Shown here in pieces: positions 39,175 through 51,886 of a stretch of 64,000 bases of DNA; position 1 is the first letter of the stretch; each line of letters opens with the position of its first letter. The stretch spans positions 47,740,001-47,804,000 of the forward strand of contig OZ024741.1 of assembly GCA_964016885.1 (NCBI GenBank), in the 5' to 3' direction. Under the pieces are notes generated by a model that saw only the letters and a list, made by a program, of their open reading frames with translations, was not told where the DNA came from and made no database searches. The position numbers and the translations under genes were made by a program. This DNA is from Eledone cirrhosa. Taxonomy: Eukaryota.

Positions 39175-41448
39175 ATATAACCTGCTATATTTTATTAATT
39201 AGGTTATCAATACAAGGGTGGGCTGAAAAGTCAATGGCTGATTATGAAAGAGTGATGCTAAAGCTGTGAAATCTTGCATGCATTAATTTCAACTCTTATT
39301 TATAACTGCATTATTTCTTTCCAGGGATTATGTTGAAAAATAAACCTCATTTAGTTATTCCATGAGAGTATCTTGGTCAGCCTATGAAGGAGTGATGCTA
39401 GAGCTGTTAAATCTTGCATGCATTAATTTCAACTCTTATTAAAAACTGCAGTCCACACTATTTATCTAGGTTGATTTATGTTAATTTGATTATGGGGGTT
39501 GATAAAATAAAGTACCAGTAAAACACTGGGTATTTGCTGGCCTTGTGCCAAAAGTAGAAACAATTATTATTATTATGATTGGCGGTGCATTAGCAGTAAT
39601 CAGTAGAGAATCAGACAACACGCTTTGCAGCATAGAGTTACGTCCCTTTATGTTCTGAGCTCAAATCCTGCCTAAGTTAACTTTGTCTTTCATCTTTATG
39701 GGGTCAATAAAATAAAGTACCAGTAATGCACTGGGTTGATTTAATCAACTTTCCTCTTCCCCAATGGCCTTGTGCCTAAATCAGAAGCCATTATTATTTT
39801 TAACTTTTTCAGTTTTTGAACCAATTCTTGGAATTCTTTCTTTTCAGCAATTTTCGTTATTATTGTTAACATTGCTGTTATCAAATTGTTGTTCTTTGTT
39901 AAATAATTTTGTTTATATAGGGATGGGCTCCATTGCCTTTGTGGCACTTTGCATGAGTAAGATAATTTTTTACAAGGCATTTTTGCAATTGTGTGAGGGA
40001 GATGAATAATTGTTGCTCTTGTTATTGTAAACTAATTCTTCAATCCTATTAGCTTTGTAATTGTGATTGAGACCAGCATACTCTTAATTAGTAAATCTTG
40101 GAAATGTTTGTGAAGGCAAATGGCTTAGTGGCTAGAGAATTGGATTTGCAATTGTGATGTTGTGAGTTCAATTCCCAGGCCTGATGATGTATTGTGTCCT
40201 TGAGCAAGACATTTTATTTCACATTGCTCTTTCTGTCAGGAACTGCAACCAGTAGATAGTATTAACAAAGGAAAGACCAATGGAAACATTGTTTCCTTTG
40301 TCCAATTTGACAAGTTCCACCCCACTTGGTAAGTAACTGTGGTCTGGGATCTTGTTAATTGTTTCCTTTTTTTATACTAGTTCACATGTTTTCTTGGAAC
40401 TAATGTTGTTAGGACTATTTGACTTTATGGAGTTGACTTCCATTTGAGTTAGACAAAAGTAAAACAAGAAAAGTAAAATACACAGAAGACAGGCATTGAA
40501 AATATCAGTGTTTTAATAAATGGCCTCAAAACATTAAGATAGGGAAACTAAGAATATAGCCTCAACACCTTAAACCAATAATGAAAAACTCAGCATTTTA
40601 ACCCTTTTGTTACCAACCTGGTCAAAACCAGCTCTGGATCTATGAAATAAAACAACCTGTTTTAAAAGTTTCCAATTTGAGTTAAAATCTTCAAACATAA
40701 TTTTATAAAAGAACCTTACATTAAGTTACCATCTTAGTAATGAAATAATTAATGATTTAACTGTAAATCCATAAAAATTCTACATTTTCTTAGAAATGTA
40801 GTCATAGAAGAGTTAGATCTATGACAGAATCCTCAAATTCCCAAACCAATTCCATAGCAGCACATTATGATCAAACTTTTATTATGATCAATATTTTATT
40901 AATTCTAAAACTACAACTAATTACATTTCATCAACCTCCATGATACTTTCAATAGAAATAACATTCCAAGAACCAAAAAAGCATATTTATCAGATCTATT
41001 GATAATAGGCCATCATCACTATATATGTATAAAAGAGAACTGCGAATATTACCGTATATACTTGAATATAAGCTGAGGAATATGGGACCCAAAAATTCGA
41101 TTTCATGAGTTCCACTCCACTTGATAAGCGAATGAGGTCTAAATATATATGAGCAAGACATGGTCACCTGGCCCAACTTGCCTCTAATGGGACAAACCCG
41201 TATAAAACATGCAAGCGTGGAAAATAGTTGTTAAATGATGATGATGAGAATAGGGTGGGTTTTTACTAAGATCCATGGATGAGTTCTCCCTAGCGGTCTC
41301 TGTCCTTCAACATCGCTGGTATGTCCCGCATCTCCCAGAGACCAAAGGGGTCTGTGTAGGGACTCCCACAGGATCACTGAGTGCAGTGTCAACTCTGAAT
41401 GTAAGTGAGCATTTCCAGCTAACCTCAATCACCTGTGTCAGCTTATAT

Positions 41449-43122
41449 CATCATCATCACCATTTTACGTCTGTTCTTCCACGCTAGCATGGGTTAGACA
41501 GATTGTCCTGTTGTGGGCAGTGTCCGGTTGGCTGACCTTGTCTTGCTCATACGAGAACTGATTCTGGCTTGATTTCTACAGCTGGATGCCCTTCCTAACA
41601 CCAACCTCATTTACAATGAGTGCTGGGTGCTTTTTTGCCGTGGCACCTCCAGAACCACTTTGCAGTGGGAGGGGGTGGGGGTATATTGTCTATATGCTTC
41701 AGCTTCGGCTTGTACCCGTGGGAAGTAGGGTCTTCTGTATTACTGTGTGACGCCAGAGGTCATGGTCATCTGTCATCACCTTTGAGAGGTGCAATTGGGT
41801 AAGGTCGACTTCCATCGACTTCTACTGCTCTGCACCTTTTTATGCAGCTGTCCTCCTTCATATGCATCACATGTCCATACCAACACAACCTCCTCTCCTG
41901 CACACAGCATTTGACTCCTCTTATGCTCAGTCCCTCTCTCAATTTGTTTATGCTTTGCCGTTCGCATATGATGATGATGATGATGATGTATATTACTATT
42001 ACACATCTGTTGGAGCATGCAGGCTTCGTTTCTTTCTAATCTATGCAAGTCTTCCACAGACAGCGCCCAGGTCTCACTACCATGTAACATTGCTGTTTGT
42101 ATACACGCATCATACAGTCTGCCTTTCATTTTGAAGGAAAAGCCTTTTGCAGCTAGCAGTGGCAGTAGCTCCCTGAACTTCTTCCATCCCGTTCTTACCC
42201 TAGTTATTGTACTTTCGGAACACCCACCTCCACTGCTAATTTGGTCACCTAGGTGGCAGAGGCTGTCTACTGTTTCTACAGAGGTCTCCCAAAGTTTGGT
42301 GGTACTTGTTTCCTGTGGTCATTTGTTGCTTGCTGCCCAGTGCAGCTGCTACATGTGAAGCCTACAATCTTAGTTAAGCTTCCTGAGATCCCACTACATC
42401 TCTTGTGTACCCATTTTTTGCATTTGGGGCAGAGGATGGAGTTCCTACCTACACATTTCCTACATACTGAGCAAGGCCATTTCCCTGAGGGGATCTGGAT
42501 TCTGTTTTCTCGCCTACTTATGAGGACCTAAGTCTTTGTCAGGTTGACTTTGAGACCCTTTCTTTCTACTCCCTGCTTCCATGTTTGGAATTTCTTCTCT
42601 AGTTCTATCATAGATTCAGCTATAAGTGTGAGGTCATCCGCATATAGGAGTTCCCACGGGCATCCGGTCTTAAACTCCTCCATTATTGCCTGCAAAACTA
42701 TAATGAACAGGAGAGGGCTAAGAACAGAGTCCTGGTGGACACCGACTTGTATGCTAAATTCCTCGCTATAGTCATTGCTAACCTTAACTTTACTGACTGC
42801 TCCCCTATACATGGCTTGTACAGCTTTCACAAGCCATTCATCTACTCCTAGTTTTCTAAGAGCCCACCAAATTATAGCGTGAGGGGCTCTTTCAAAGGCT
42901 TTTTCCAGATCGACGAATGCCAGTTAGAGTGGCTTACTTTTAGCTCGGTACTTTTCCTGTAACTGCCTCACAAGAAAGAGGGCATCAGTGGTGCCTTTTC
43001 TTGGCACAAACCAAAATTGCATCTCATCTAGTTTTACCCAGTCCCTAATCAACTGTGCTGTAACTCTTTCTGTTACTTTCATGACCTGGTCCATCAGCTT
43101 TATACCTCTATAGTTTCCTCTA
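41449..43122 (-). mobile_element. RTE LINE fragment (family 1)
   Basis: VHQDSVLSPLLF, LLYADD, C4HC3 insert remnant, HGSETW; 5' end abuts a (TA)n tract. Confidence 0.85.
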
Positions 43123-43199
43123 TCTATATATCTTATATATCTCTAAATATCTTATATATATATATATATATCTTATATATATATATATATATACACACA

Positions 43200-44220
43200 T
43201 TAGCAAGTAAATTTATGACTTCGTATAAAATAACATGGTTCATGTTTTAATTATATTCTTAAGATAAACATTTAAAAAAATTTTTAACTTTTTAACTTTA
43301 TAACATTTAATCCTTAGAGTCATCTGAGTTCTTAAAAAATCACTTATAACTTCCTTTACGCTCCCTTACTGTTTTTATAATATAACTAAGTGGTTATTCT
43401 TTTGTAAACTCTCGAAAATTTTTCATAAATTTAGAATTATTTGGATGTTTTAAATTTTTGACTTACAACTTTTAATAAAATAAACTATACTAGATTTGCT
43501 CTAATGTAAAATACTATATATTTATTTAAATAATTTATAATCCTTAACATACACATTTAAACTAATTATTAAATTATTAAATTAAATCTTTAATATTAAG
43601 GTAAATCTTAATCTTTAATTTTGATTTCTAATTTTTTAATTTTAATTTTAATCTAATTTTTCAACCTATCATTATAAATATTATAATCAAAACATAATGA
43701 ATCCTGCATTATAAATATTATTCTTCCACGTTATTCTCATTTCTTCATTTCTTCTCTCACTTAAATATACTTACGCTGTATTTATCCTTTGAAACTTATC
43801 TCTTCATGCACGCTATTTTCACTGTCAATATATATAATTCGTTCTTTCTTTCCTCTTCTATCTTTCTCATTTCTTTCTTCATTTTTTCTTTTTTTTCTCT
43901 CTCCCTCACATATCACCTTCTTCCAACAATTTAATTTAAATAAACCGTTTTCTTTTCAACCCTTTGGACACTCATTTGCATACTCACTCATAATTTTGTA
44001 TCACCCTCAATAAATGTAATATCTCCACTATCCAGGAAGCTCCAACGGTTAAGGTTGTCATTTTTTTTTTTTTTTTCCGGGTATGTCAATATTTATTTAT
44101 AAAACAAATCTGTATTTTATCTGATGAAAGCGCACCATAATTTGCCTTGGTGGCCCTTGAAATGTGTATAATAAAATAAATATGGTTTTATAAATATAGT
44201 TTCCATTTATTAGTATATTG
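43200..44220 (+). mobile_element. Penelope-like 3' UTR/pLTR fragment, G-poor and apparently unedited
   Basis: Strongly G-depleted plus strand, CT-rich block, then a hammerhead and tail aaatatggttttataaatatagtttccattta shared with 46700-46740 and 63595-63630. Confidence 0.65.
44113..44178 (+). ncRNA. Type I hammerhead ribozyme
   Basis: tattttat CTGATGA aag..cacca/tggtg..ctt GAAA tgtgt ATA ataaaata. Confidence 0.7.
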
Positions 44221-44237
44221 TATATATATATATATAT

Positions 44238-45535
44238 ATCATCATCATCATCATCATCGTTTAATGTCCATCTTCCACGCTTGCATGGGTTTGGACGGGA
44301 GTTTTCCCACTTGAGGCAAGAGTGGTTGTCTTGCTCGCATAGGACTGTCTGGCGGGTTTTCTACGGCTGGATGCCCTTCCTAACACCAACCACGTTTACA
44401 GTGTGGACTGGGAGGTTTTTACCGTGTTACCTACACAGCCACATTACAGCGTGGACTGTGTGTTTTTTTGTCGTGACACCTACATGACCTCATTTGTTTC
44501 GGACTGGATGTTGTGGTACCAACATAACTTTACATTGAAAGGGATGGATGGGGTGGGGGTAGTGGGACGGGGATGTATTTTTGTTAGAGGTGCCTACTGA
44601 CTGTAGTAGGTTTCACTTTGTACTTAGGCAAAGCGGGTCTTCTGTATTACTGTGTAGCGCCAAAGATCTCGGTCCAGTGACATTGTCTTGGAGAGGTGTA
44701 AGTGTGTGAGGTCGGAATTTATCAAGTCGTCCCAGGTTTTTTGGGGTCTGCCTATTCCGTGGCTACCGTCTATTTTTATTGCCCTGCACTTTTTTATGCA
44801 ACTGTCGTCTTTCATGCGCATCATGTGACCATACCAACGTAGTCTTCTCTCGAGTAAACAACATCTGATCCCTCTTATTTCTAATTTTTCCCTTAGTTTG
44901 TTTATGCTTTGCCGTTCATGTATATTACTATTACACATCCAACGGAGCATGCAAGCTTCGTTCCTCTCCAGTCTGCGTATATCCTCTACACACAATGCCC
45001 AGGTTTCACTGCCATGTAACATTGCTGTTCGTATGCAGGCATCATACAGCCTGCCTTTCATTTTTAGAGAGAACCCTTTAGCGGCTAATAGTGGTATAAG
45101 CTCTCTGAACTTTTTCCATCCAGTTCTGACTCTAGCTACTGTACTTTCAGAGCACCCTCCCCCACTGCTGATTTTGTCACCCAGGTAACGGAAGCTGTCC
45201 ACTATTTCTATAGAACCCTCTGCGCAATTGAAAGAGCTAGTATTTTGTGGGCACTTGCTGCTACTTATTGCACCAGAGCACCGGCCACATGTACCAGAGC
45301 ACCGGCCACATGTAAAATCTATGTTCTTAGTTAGATTACCTATGATCCCACTACATCTTTTATGCACCCATACTTTGCATTTGGGACATAAAATGGAGTT
45401 TCTACCTACACCTTTCCTACACACTGAGCATGGCCATTTCCCGGAAGGGACCGGCGCCTTATTTTCTTTCCTACAAACTAGAACTTTAGTCTTAGCCAGG
45501 TTAATTTTAAGGCCTTTTGATTCTAGGCCGTGCTT

Positions 45536-45540
<5 letters not shown>
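44238..45540 (-). mobile_element. RTE LINE fragment (family 1)
   Basis: Open frame WKHGLESKGLKINLAKTKV..KWPCSVC..WVHKRC..CGRC..DSFRYLGD..HGSETW..RLRWYGH; 3' UTR and (gat)n tail; 5' end at (TA)n. Confidence 0.9.
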
Positions 45541-45577
<37 letters not shown>

Positions 45578-46047
45578 TGGCTGCCAACTCATTTTCGAGT
45601 ACGGCCACTACTTTATATCCATGTACGAGAACCCCTACCGATGTGCTGACCGAGTGTGACTTTTTAGTCAAGCCAGCGACTTGAAAACTCTGGTACAAAC
45701 ACTACACCACTACACCTGTGACAATTATTGACACATAGTGCTGGGCCCATGGTACCATGTGACGACAAGTGCAGAGAGATCTCCAGATATAAAGCAATGC
45801 CTGTGCCGTGAAGCTTTTAGAGTGAGCAAAGGCACTGCACAAAGCCAGTCCCACTCTCTTAACCAAGATGATATTTACTAAAAAGAAGAACAAGTCAACA
45901 TCATTGGACACCATCAGGGTTGCAGGTGTTGGATACATGTTACCAGTAGCACCAACTGGTGACCTGACATAATATATATACATACATGATGATGATGGCT
46001 GCCCCCTCGTTATCGAGTATGGCCATTGCAAGAGAAAAAAAAAAAAA

Positions 46048-46078
<31 letters not shown>

Positions 46079-46176
46079 CATATATATATACACATATATT
46101 AATAACAATAATAATAATATTACTAACAATAATAATAATATTAATAACAATAACGACAACAACAACAACAATAATA

Positions 46177-46220
<44 letters not shown>

Positions 46221-46289
46221 GCACACACATAAACATACCTATACACACACACACACGATAGCAACTAACAGCGCAGCGATCGAATGTGG

Positions 46290-46346
<57 letters not shown>

Positions 46347-46474
46347 AAAGTTCTATTTAAAATTGTTGGGATACAACAAGTAAATATTTTTATAACTGAT
46401 ATAAAGCACTCGACAAGTATTTGGAGTAGATATACAATATTAATAAATGGAAACTATATTTATTAAACCATATT

Positions 46475-46539
46475 TATTTCATTATACATATTTCAGGGAT
46501 ACCAAATTAAATTATGGTATGCCTTCATCAGACAAAATA
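46475..46539 (-). ncRNA. Type I hammerhead ribozyme
   Basis: Reverse complement of the HHR at 46637-46701. Confidence 0.75.
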
Positions 46540-46636
46540 CAATATATAACAGTTTTACAAATAAGCTTTGACGTACCCTTTTAAAATGCAACCATTATTT
46601 TTGGAAGCCATCTGGATGGCTTCCAAAAATATATTG

Positions 46637-46701
46637 TATTTTGTCTGATGAAGGCATACCATAATTTAATTTGGTATCCCTGAAATATGTATAATGAAAT
46701 A
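46637..46701 (+). ncRNA. Type I hammerhead ribozyme
   Basis: Stem I tattttgt/atgaaata, CTGATGA, stem II agg.atacca/tggtat.cct, GAAA, short near-palindromic stem III, cleavage triplet ATA (46691-46693). Confidence 0.75.
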
Positions 46702-46745
46702 AATATGGTTTTATAAATATAGTTTCCATTTATTAATATCGTATA

Positions 46746-47335
<590 letters not shown>

Positions 47336-47470
47336 TAATAATAATAATAATAATAATGAAATTATTGTGTACAGTGCTCAGGTGCACTACAACTCATCAA
47401 AGGTGCATGTATAGTACATAGAATAATGTACAAATGTCAGGAAAATAAACAGTGTATGAGTCATGATATA
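47336..47470 (-). mobile_element. Short CR1 3'-tail copy adjoining copy B
   Basis: Second gaaattattgtgtacagtgctcaggtgcactacaactc tail in tandem with the tail at ~47471. Confidence 0.75.
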
Positions 47471-47624
47471 ATAACAATAACGAAATATTGTGCAGTGCCC
47501 AGGTGCACCACAACTCATCAAAAAAGTGCATGTACAGTACATAGGGCAATGCACAAACATCAGTAAAATTAACAGTGCACGAGTCATGATACACACATGT
47601 GTGCATGTGTATGGAAGGGGTACA

Positions 47625-50455
47625 TCAGGTGTAGTTTTGGCGTATTTTGGGAAGCATGAGTGTCTTAAAGGATGCAGTGTCTCGGCAGCTAACAATTGAC
47701 GCAGGCAGTTTGTTCCATGCTTCAGCAACTCTGAGCGTGAAAAAATGTCTGCGAAAGTCATGGGAGCTGTGCTGTTTTCTTATCTTGTAGGCATGTCCAC
47801 GTGTGTTAGACACATGGAGATCAAAGAGGCGCTCAGGGTTGCAGTTGGCGAGATGGTTAAAAACTTTGTGGGTATTCACCAAGTCCATTGCCAGACGTCG
47901 GAGCTTCAATGAATCCATGCCCAGGGAAGCAAGGCGTTCAGAGTATGGTAGGTGTCTGATGGAGGGTATGCGCTTGGTTGCATGTCTCTGAACAGTTTCC
48001 AGGAGGTCAATGTTCCGAGCAAGATAGGGGTTCCAGACTGATGATGCGAATTCCAAGTGTGGTCGCACCATAGCTGTATACAGTTTTAAATAGATGGCTG
48101 GAGAGCGGCTAACAAAGGTCTTGCTGAGTGATGCCAAGACACCCTCGGCCTTCTTGACAATCTTAGAGACATGCTTTGTCCAACGCAAATCGTTGCTGAC
48201 AGTAATGCCCAGGTCACGTTCACAAGAGGACTTTTTGATGTCAGTGTTGTGGAGGGAGTATGTGGACGCTGGATTTTTCCTTCCAAAATGCATGGTGGTA
48301 CACTTGTCCACAGCCAGCTTCAGTTGCCAGTCTGTGATCCATTGCTGCATTGTGTCCAGGTCTGATTGTAGGAAAGAGTTGTAAATTTCAGGATCAGTCC
48401 TTTTGATTTCAAGGTACAGCTTGATGTCATCTGCATATTTTAGTACCGTGGCATTCTGTAAGTTGGCATCTATGTCATTAATATATGCCACAAACAAAAG
48501 AGGACCAAGAACAGATCCCTGTGGTACACCAGATGACATCTCATATGGTGAAGAATGCTGTCCTAGAACCGTGACTACTTCCTTTCGGCTGAGAATGAAG
48601 GATTTCAGCCAGTCGAAAAGATCATCCCTCACACCCATTGCAGAGAGTTTTGCCATAAGTCTTTTGCGTGGCACAGAATTAAAAGCCTTAGCAAAGTCAA
48701 GGTAAACAACATCCACCCATGAGCCGCTGTCAGTGATCCGGGTGATGTCCTCAAGAAACTCGATAAGCTGATCACAGCAGCTGGAGTTAGGGATAAATCC
48801 AAACTGTGAGGGCCGGATGAGGCTGTGAGAGCTCCAGAAGTTCCAAAGTGTTTCTCTGACACAGGATTCCATCAGTTTGGCCATACAGCTAGTAAGACTG
48901 ACTGGACGATAGTTGACAGGTGACATGCGGTTGCCCTTTTTGAACAGGGGAATGACACTGGCAGTTTTCCACTGCTCCGGTGTAGCACCATTGCTGAGAC
49001 AGTATTGAAAGAAAAAAGAAAGCTGGCGCAAAAGGAAATCCCCGCCACGTTTGAGAAGCAGGTATGTCACACCATCAAGACCAGGGGAGGCATAGTTGCG
49101 CTTATTCTTAAGGTGACGTCGCAACATTGCGGGTGTAAATTCCATAGTTGTTATGGAATTTGATGTTAGAGATGGTGGAGATGGTACATTCTGGTCTTCA
49201 ACAGTAAAAATACTTGCATAGCACTCAGCAATGAGTTCTGCGCATTCCTTGGGATCGTCAGTGATCTGGCTTGTGTGGGGATTGCGAAGAGGACCAACTG
49301 GAGAGTGAGGTCTCTGCTTTGAATGAACATATTTCCAGAACACCTTACTGTCAGGATTGGTTGCGATGCACTGTTCAAATTCAAGCACTGCCTTCTTTGT
49401 CACTTGCTTGAGATGGTTAGAAGATTTATTCCGCTTTTTTCTGTTGGCATCTGATCTATGCAGTTTATATTCCCGTTCAGCGTTCCGACGTTCTTTCCTG
49501 GCAAGTCGGACCGCTGAAGTTTCCCAGATTGCACTTTTGGGGTGGTTATTTTTCCGCTTCCGTGGCACTGATGCTGCACACGCTATCCATATTGAGTCCA
49601 GGATGCTCTGGAGTATAGAGTTCACATCTCCAGAGTTATACATCTCATGCCAGTTTGGGCGCTGTAGCTCAGTGCAGTACAAGTTCCAATCCGCCCTCTT
49701 CCAATCAAAGCAAGCAGATTGGAGATGGCCCTGGTTTTTGTTGCTGCCCTCAAGTGCCAGATTGGCAATGATCATAGCATGATCAGAGTCGCCTAGAGGT
49801 TCCTCAGTAGTACAACTGATAACCACTTCAGGAGTAGTGGTGAAATCAGGTCCAAAGTGTTGTCACCTCTTGTTGGAGAGGTGACTACTTGTGACCAGTT
49901 TGAGTCCAGCACTAGTTCAAGGAAATCGTTTGCACCCTGTGGCCAACGAAAGGTTTCCCAATCGATCTCAGGATGATTGAAGTCACCTGCAATAAACACA
50001 TAAGTGGCTGTTTTCTTGGCAGCAACTCTGAGGATATCGCAAAGCTGTGTGTCCTGATGGTAGTTTGGGGGTCGATAAACAACACCAAGCAGAAGTGTTG
50101 ACATGGTCATACGTATGTTACAGAAAAAAACTTCTTCCTGTGATTCGTTCAAATCAACGCAAGGAATTACCGAAAAGTTTGAACGAACGTAGACCATCAC
50201 ACCACCACCACGGCGGTTAATGCGGTCCTTGCGGAAAAGGTTGTACCCAGTAATGGTGAAAACCCCATCACAGAGTAAGGAATGTGCCCATGTTTCCGTG
50301 ACTGTGATGAAGTCAGGGTCGATGCTTCTGACGTAGGATTCGAACAGATGTATCTTGTTGCATAAACTGCGAGCATTTAAGGACAACAATTTGTACCCTG
50401 CTCGCAGTTTATGATGGTGTGTAGAGGGTGGCAGGTTGTTCTGGTTTAGTTTCCC
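47625..50455 (-). CDS. CR1 ORF2 (APE endonuclease + RT), one frameshift near 49830, no in-frame AUG ahead of the APE domain
   Basis: LNARS, TETW, RGGGV, YRPP, GDFNHP, LDL, SDH; NYRPVSLTS, YLDFAKAF, PQGSVLGPLLF, YADD, ERDLG. Confidence 0.9.
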
Positions 50456-51078
50456 AGAGTTGTAGCAGTTTTTACATTGCCAGTTATTGCGGGTAGATCA
50501 CACTCAGACCAGCTGGTATCTCTCTTCCACGTTTCACCAGCCTTGACAAACCTCCAGATCTGCCCATCATCACGCAGACTGAAACTTTCATCTTGTGCTG
50601 AGTTCCGATTCAAGGAAGCTGCAGCACGTAGTTTTGGACGTACATGGGGTGGTAGGCCTGGGCGTGTTCGGAAGGTAATCCGATTTTCACGCCCAGCTTT
50701 AGCAGAGGCCAGATGATATGAGGTTGCCTCTGCGGGGTCCGAGAAAGACAGCCTGATGAGTCTGGGTTTTGGACCAGGTCGACCAAGGCGGAGGGCACCC
50801 TTTGGGGGAACACAGCCTAGGTCTTTGGCTGAGCTGGCAGCAAATGCCTGAAGATCAGCCTTGTCCTCTGGTACCCCAATGGCAATCACTTCATGGGTAG
50901 CAGATTCCGCAGTCTTTTCAGTCTTTCCAGCAAGAGGTACAGGGAGATTCTTTACCAAGGCATTCCGATAAGACCCCTCATTGTGGGGTCCTACCCGAAT
51001 GCTTGCCTCTATTCCTGCAACTTCCCTTCTCAGAGCAGAAATCATTAGTTGCAGTTCCGCAAAATCTGTACTGGTCGG

Positions 51079-51156
<78 letters not shown>

Positions 51157-51886
51157 TCGTTGTTGGTGATGATGATGTTCCTCCACGGGAATGGCAGGAG
51201 GACACAGTCGCAGGTTGTTGCTGTTGTTGGTGATGATGATGATGTTCCTCCAAGGGAATGGCAGGGGAGGACACAGTCGCAGGTTGTTGCTGTTGTTGTT
51301 GTTGGTGATGATGATGTTCCTCCACGGGAATGGTAGGGGAAGACACAGTCACCAGTTGTTGGTGTCGAGATGTACTGGGAGTGGAAGACATGGGTTGTTG
51401 TTGTTTCTGATGTTCTCCCACAGGAATAACAGTAGAAGCCAGTGTCATAGGTTTTTGCCGTTGTTCAGTAACAATGGTAGAGGAAGACACAGTCATTAGT
51501 TTTTGTTGTTGTTGTTGTTTTTCAATAACATTAATAACATTCGTGGAGGCAGGCACACAGGCCAGACACTGAAAGGACCAGGATTTTAGCTGGACCATCT
51601 CCCATATTCCATCCATCATAGCATTATGATGTCTCTTTTTTTGGCCTGGGATCCTCCGGAAGCCTGTGGCGCATTGAAGGCAGACAGAGATGCGACAGAT
51701 TCCACATTCGACCCAGCGATTACGGAACGAGTTTTCGGGTTCCGCACAGATATGGCAGATGTGATTTTCTGGGCAATGTTCTATCTTGGGACATCGGCCG
51801 GTTTTGTCGCATATTTCATCGATGGTTATCACCATGGCAATTTTGTTATTTCTACCCATCCGTAGAAAAACACAGAATGTAAACAA
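50446..51886 (-). CDS. CR1 ORF1 with PHD-like Cys cluster, His/Gln repeats and C-terminal domain (frameshift near 51190)
   Basis: CHIC..WVECGIC..VCLQC..FQCLAC; repeats of PATVSSP.IP.EEHHHHQQQQQ; IAIGVPE and RLGRPGPKPRLIRL typical of CR1/L2 ORF1; ends TTLGN*. Confidence 0.75.

Larger units (their letters stand above)
46345..46745. mobile_element. Miniature palindromic Penelope-pLTR element with two inverted hammerheads
   Basis: Arms 46431-46547 and 46630-46745 are reverse complements; central perfect 16-bp hairpin 46597-46630; left extension homologous to 60760-60847; embedded in (TA)n. Confidence 0.8.

Noticed and set aside
50981-51336. Poly-Cys, poly-Val and poly-Leu ORFs on the plus strand
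   Set aside because: Antisense readings of the CAA/CAG repeat in CR1 ORF1
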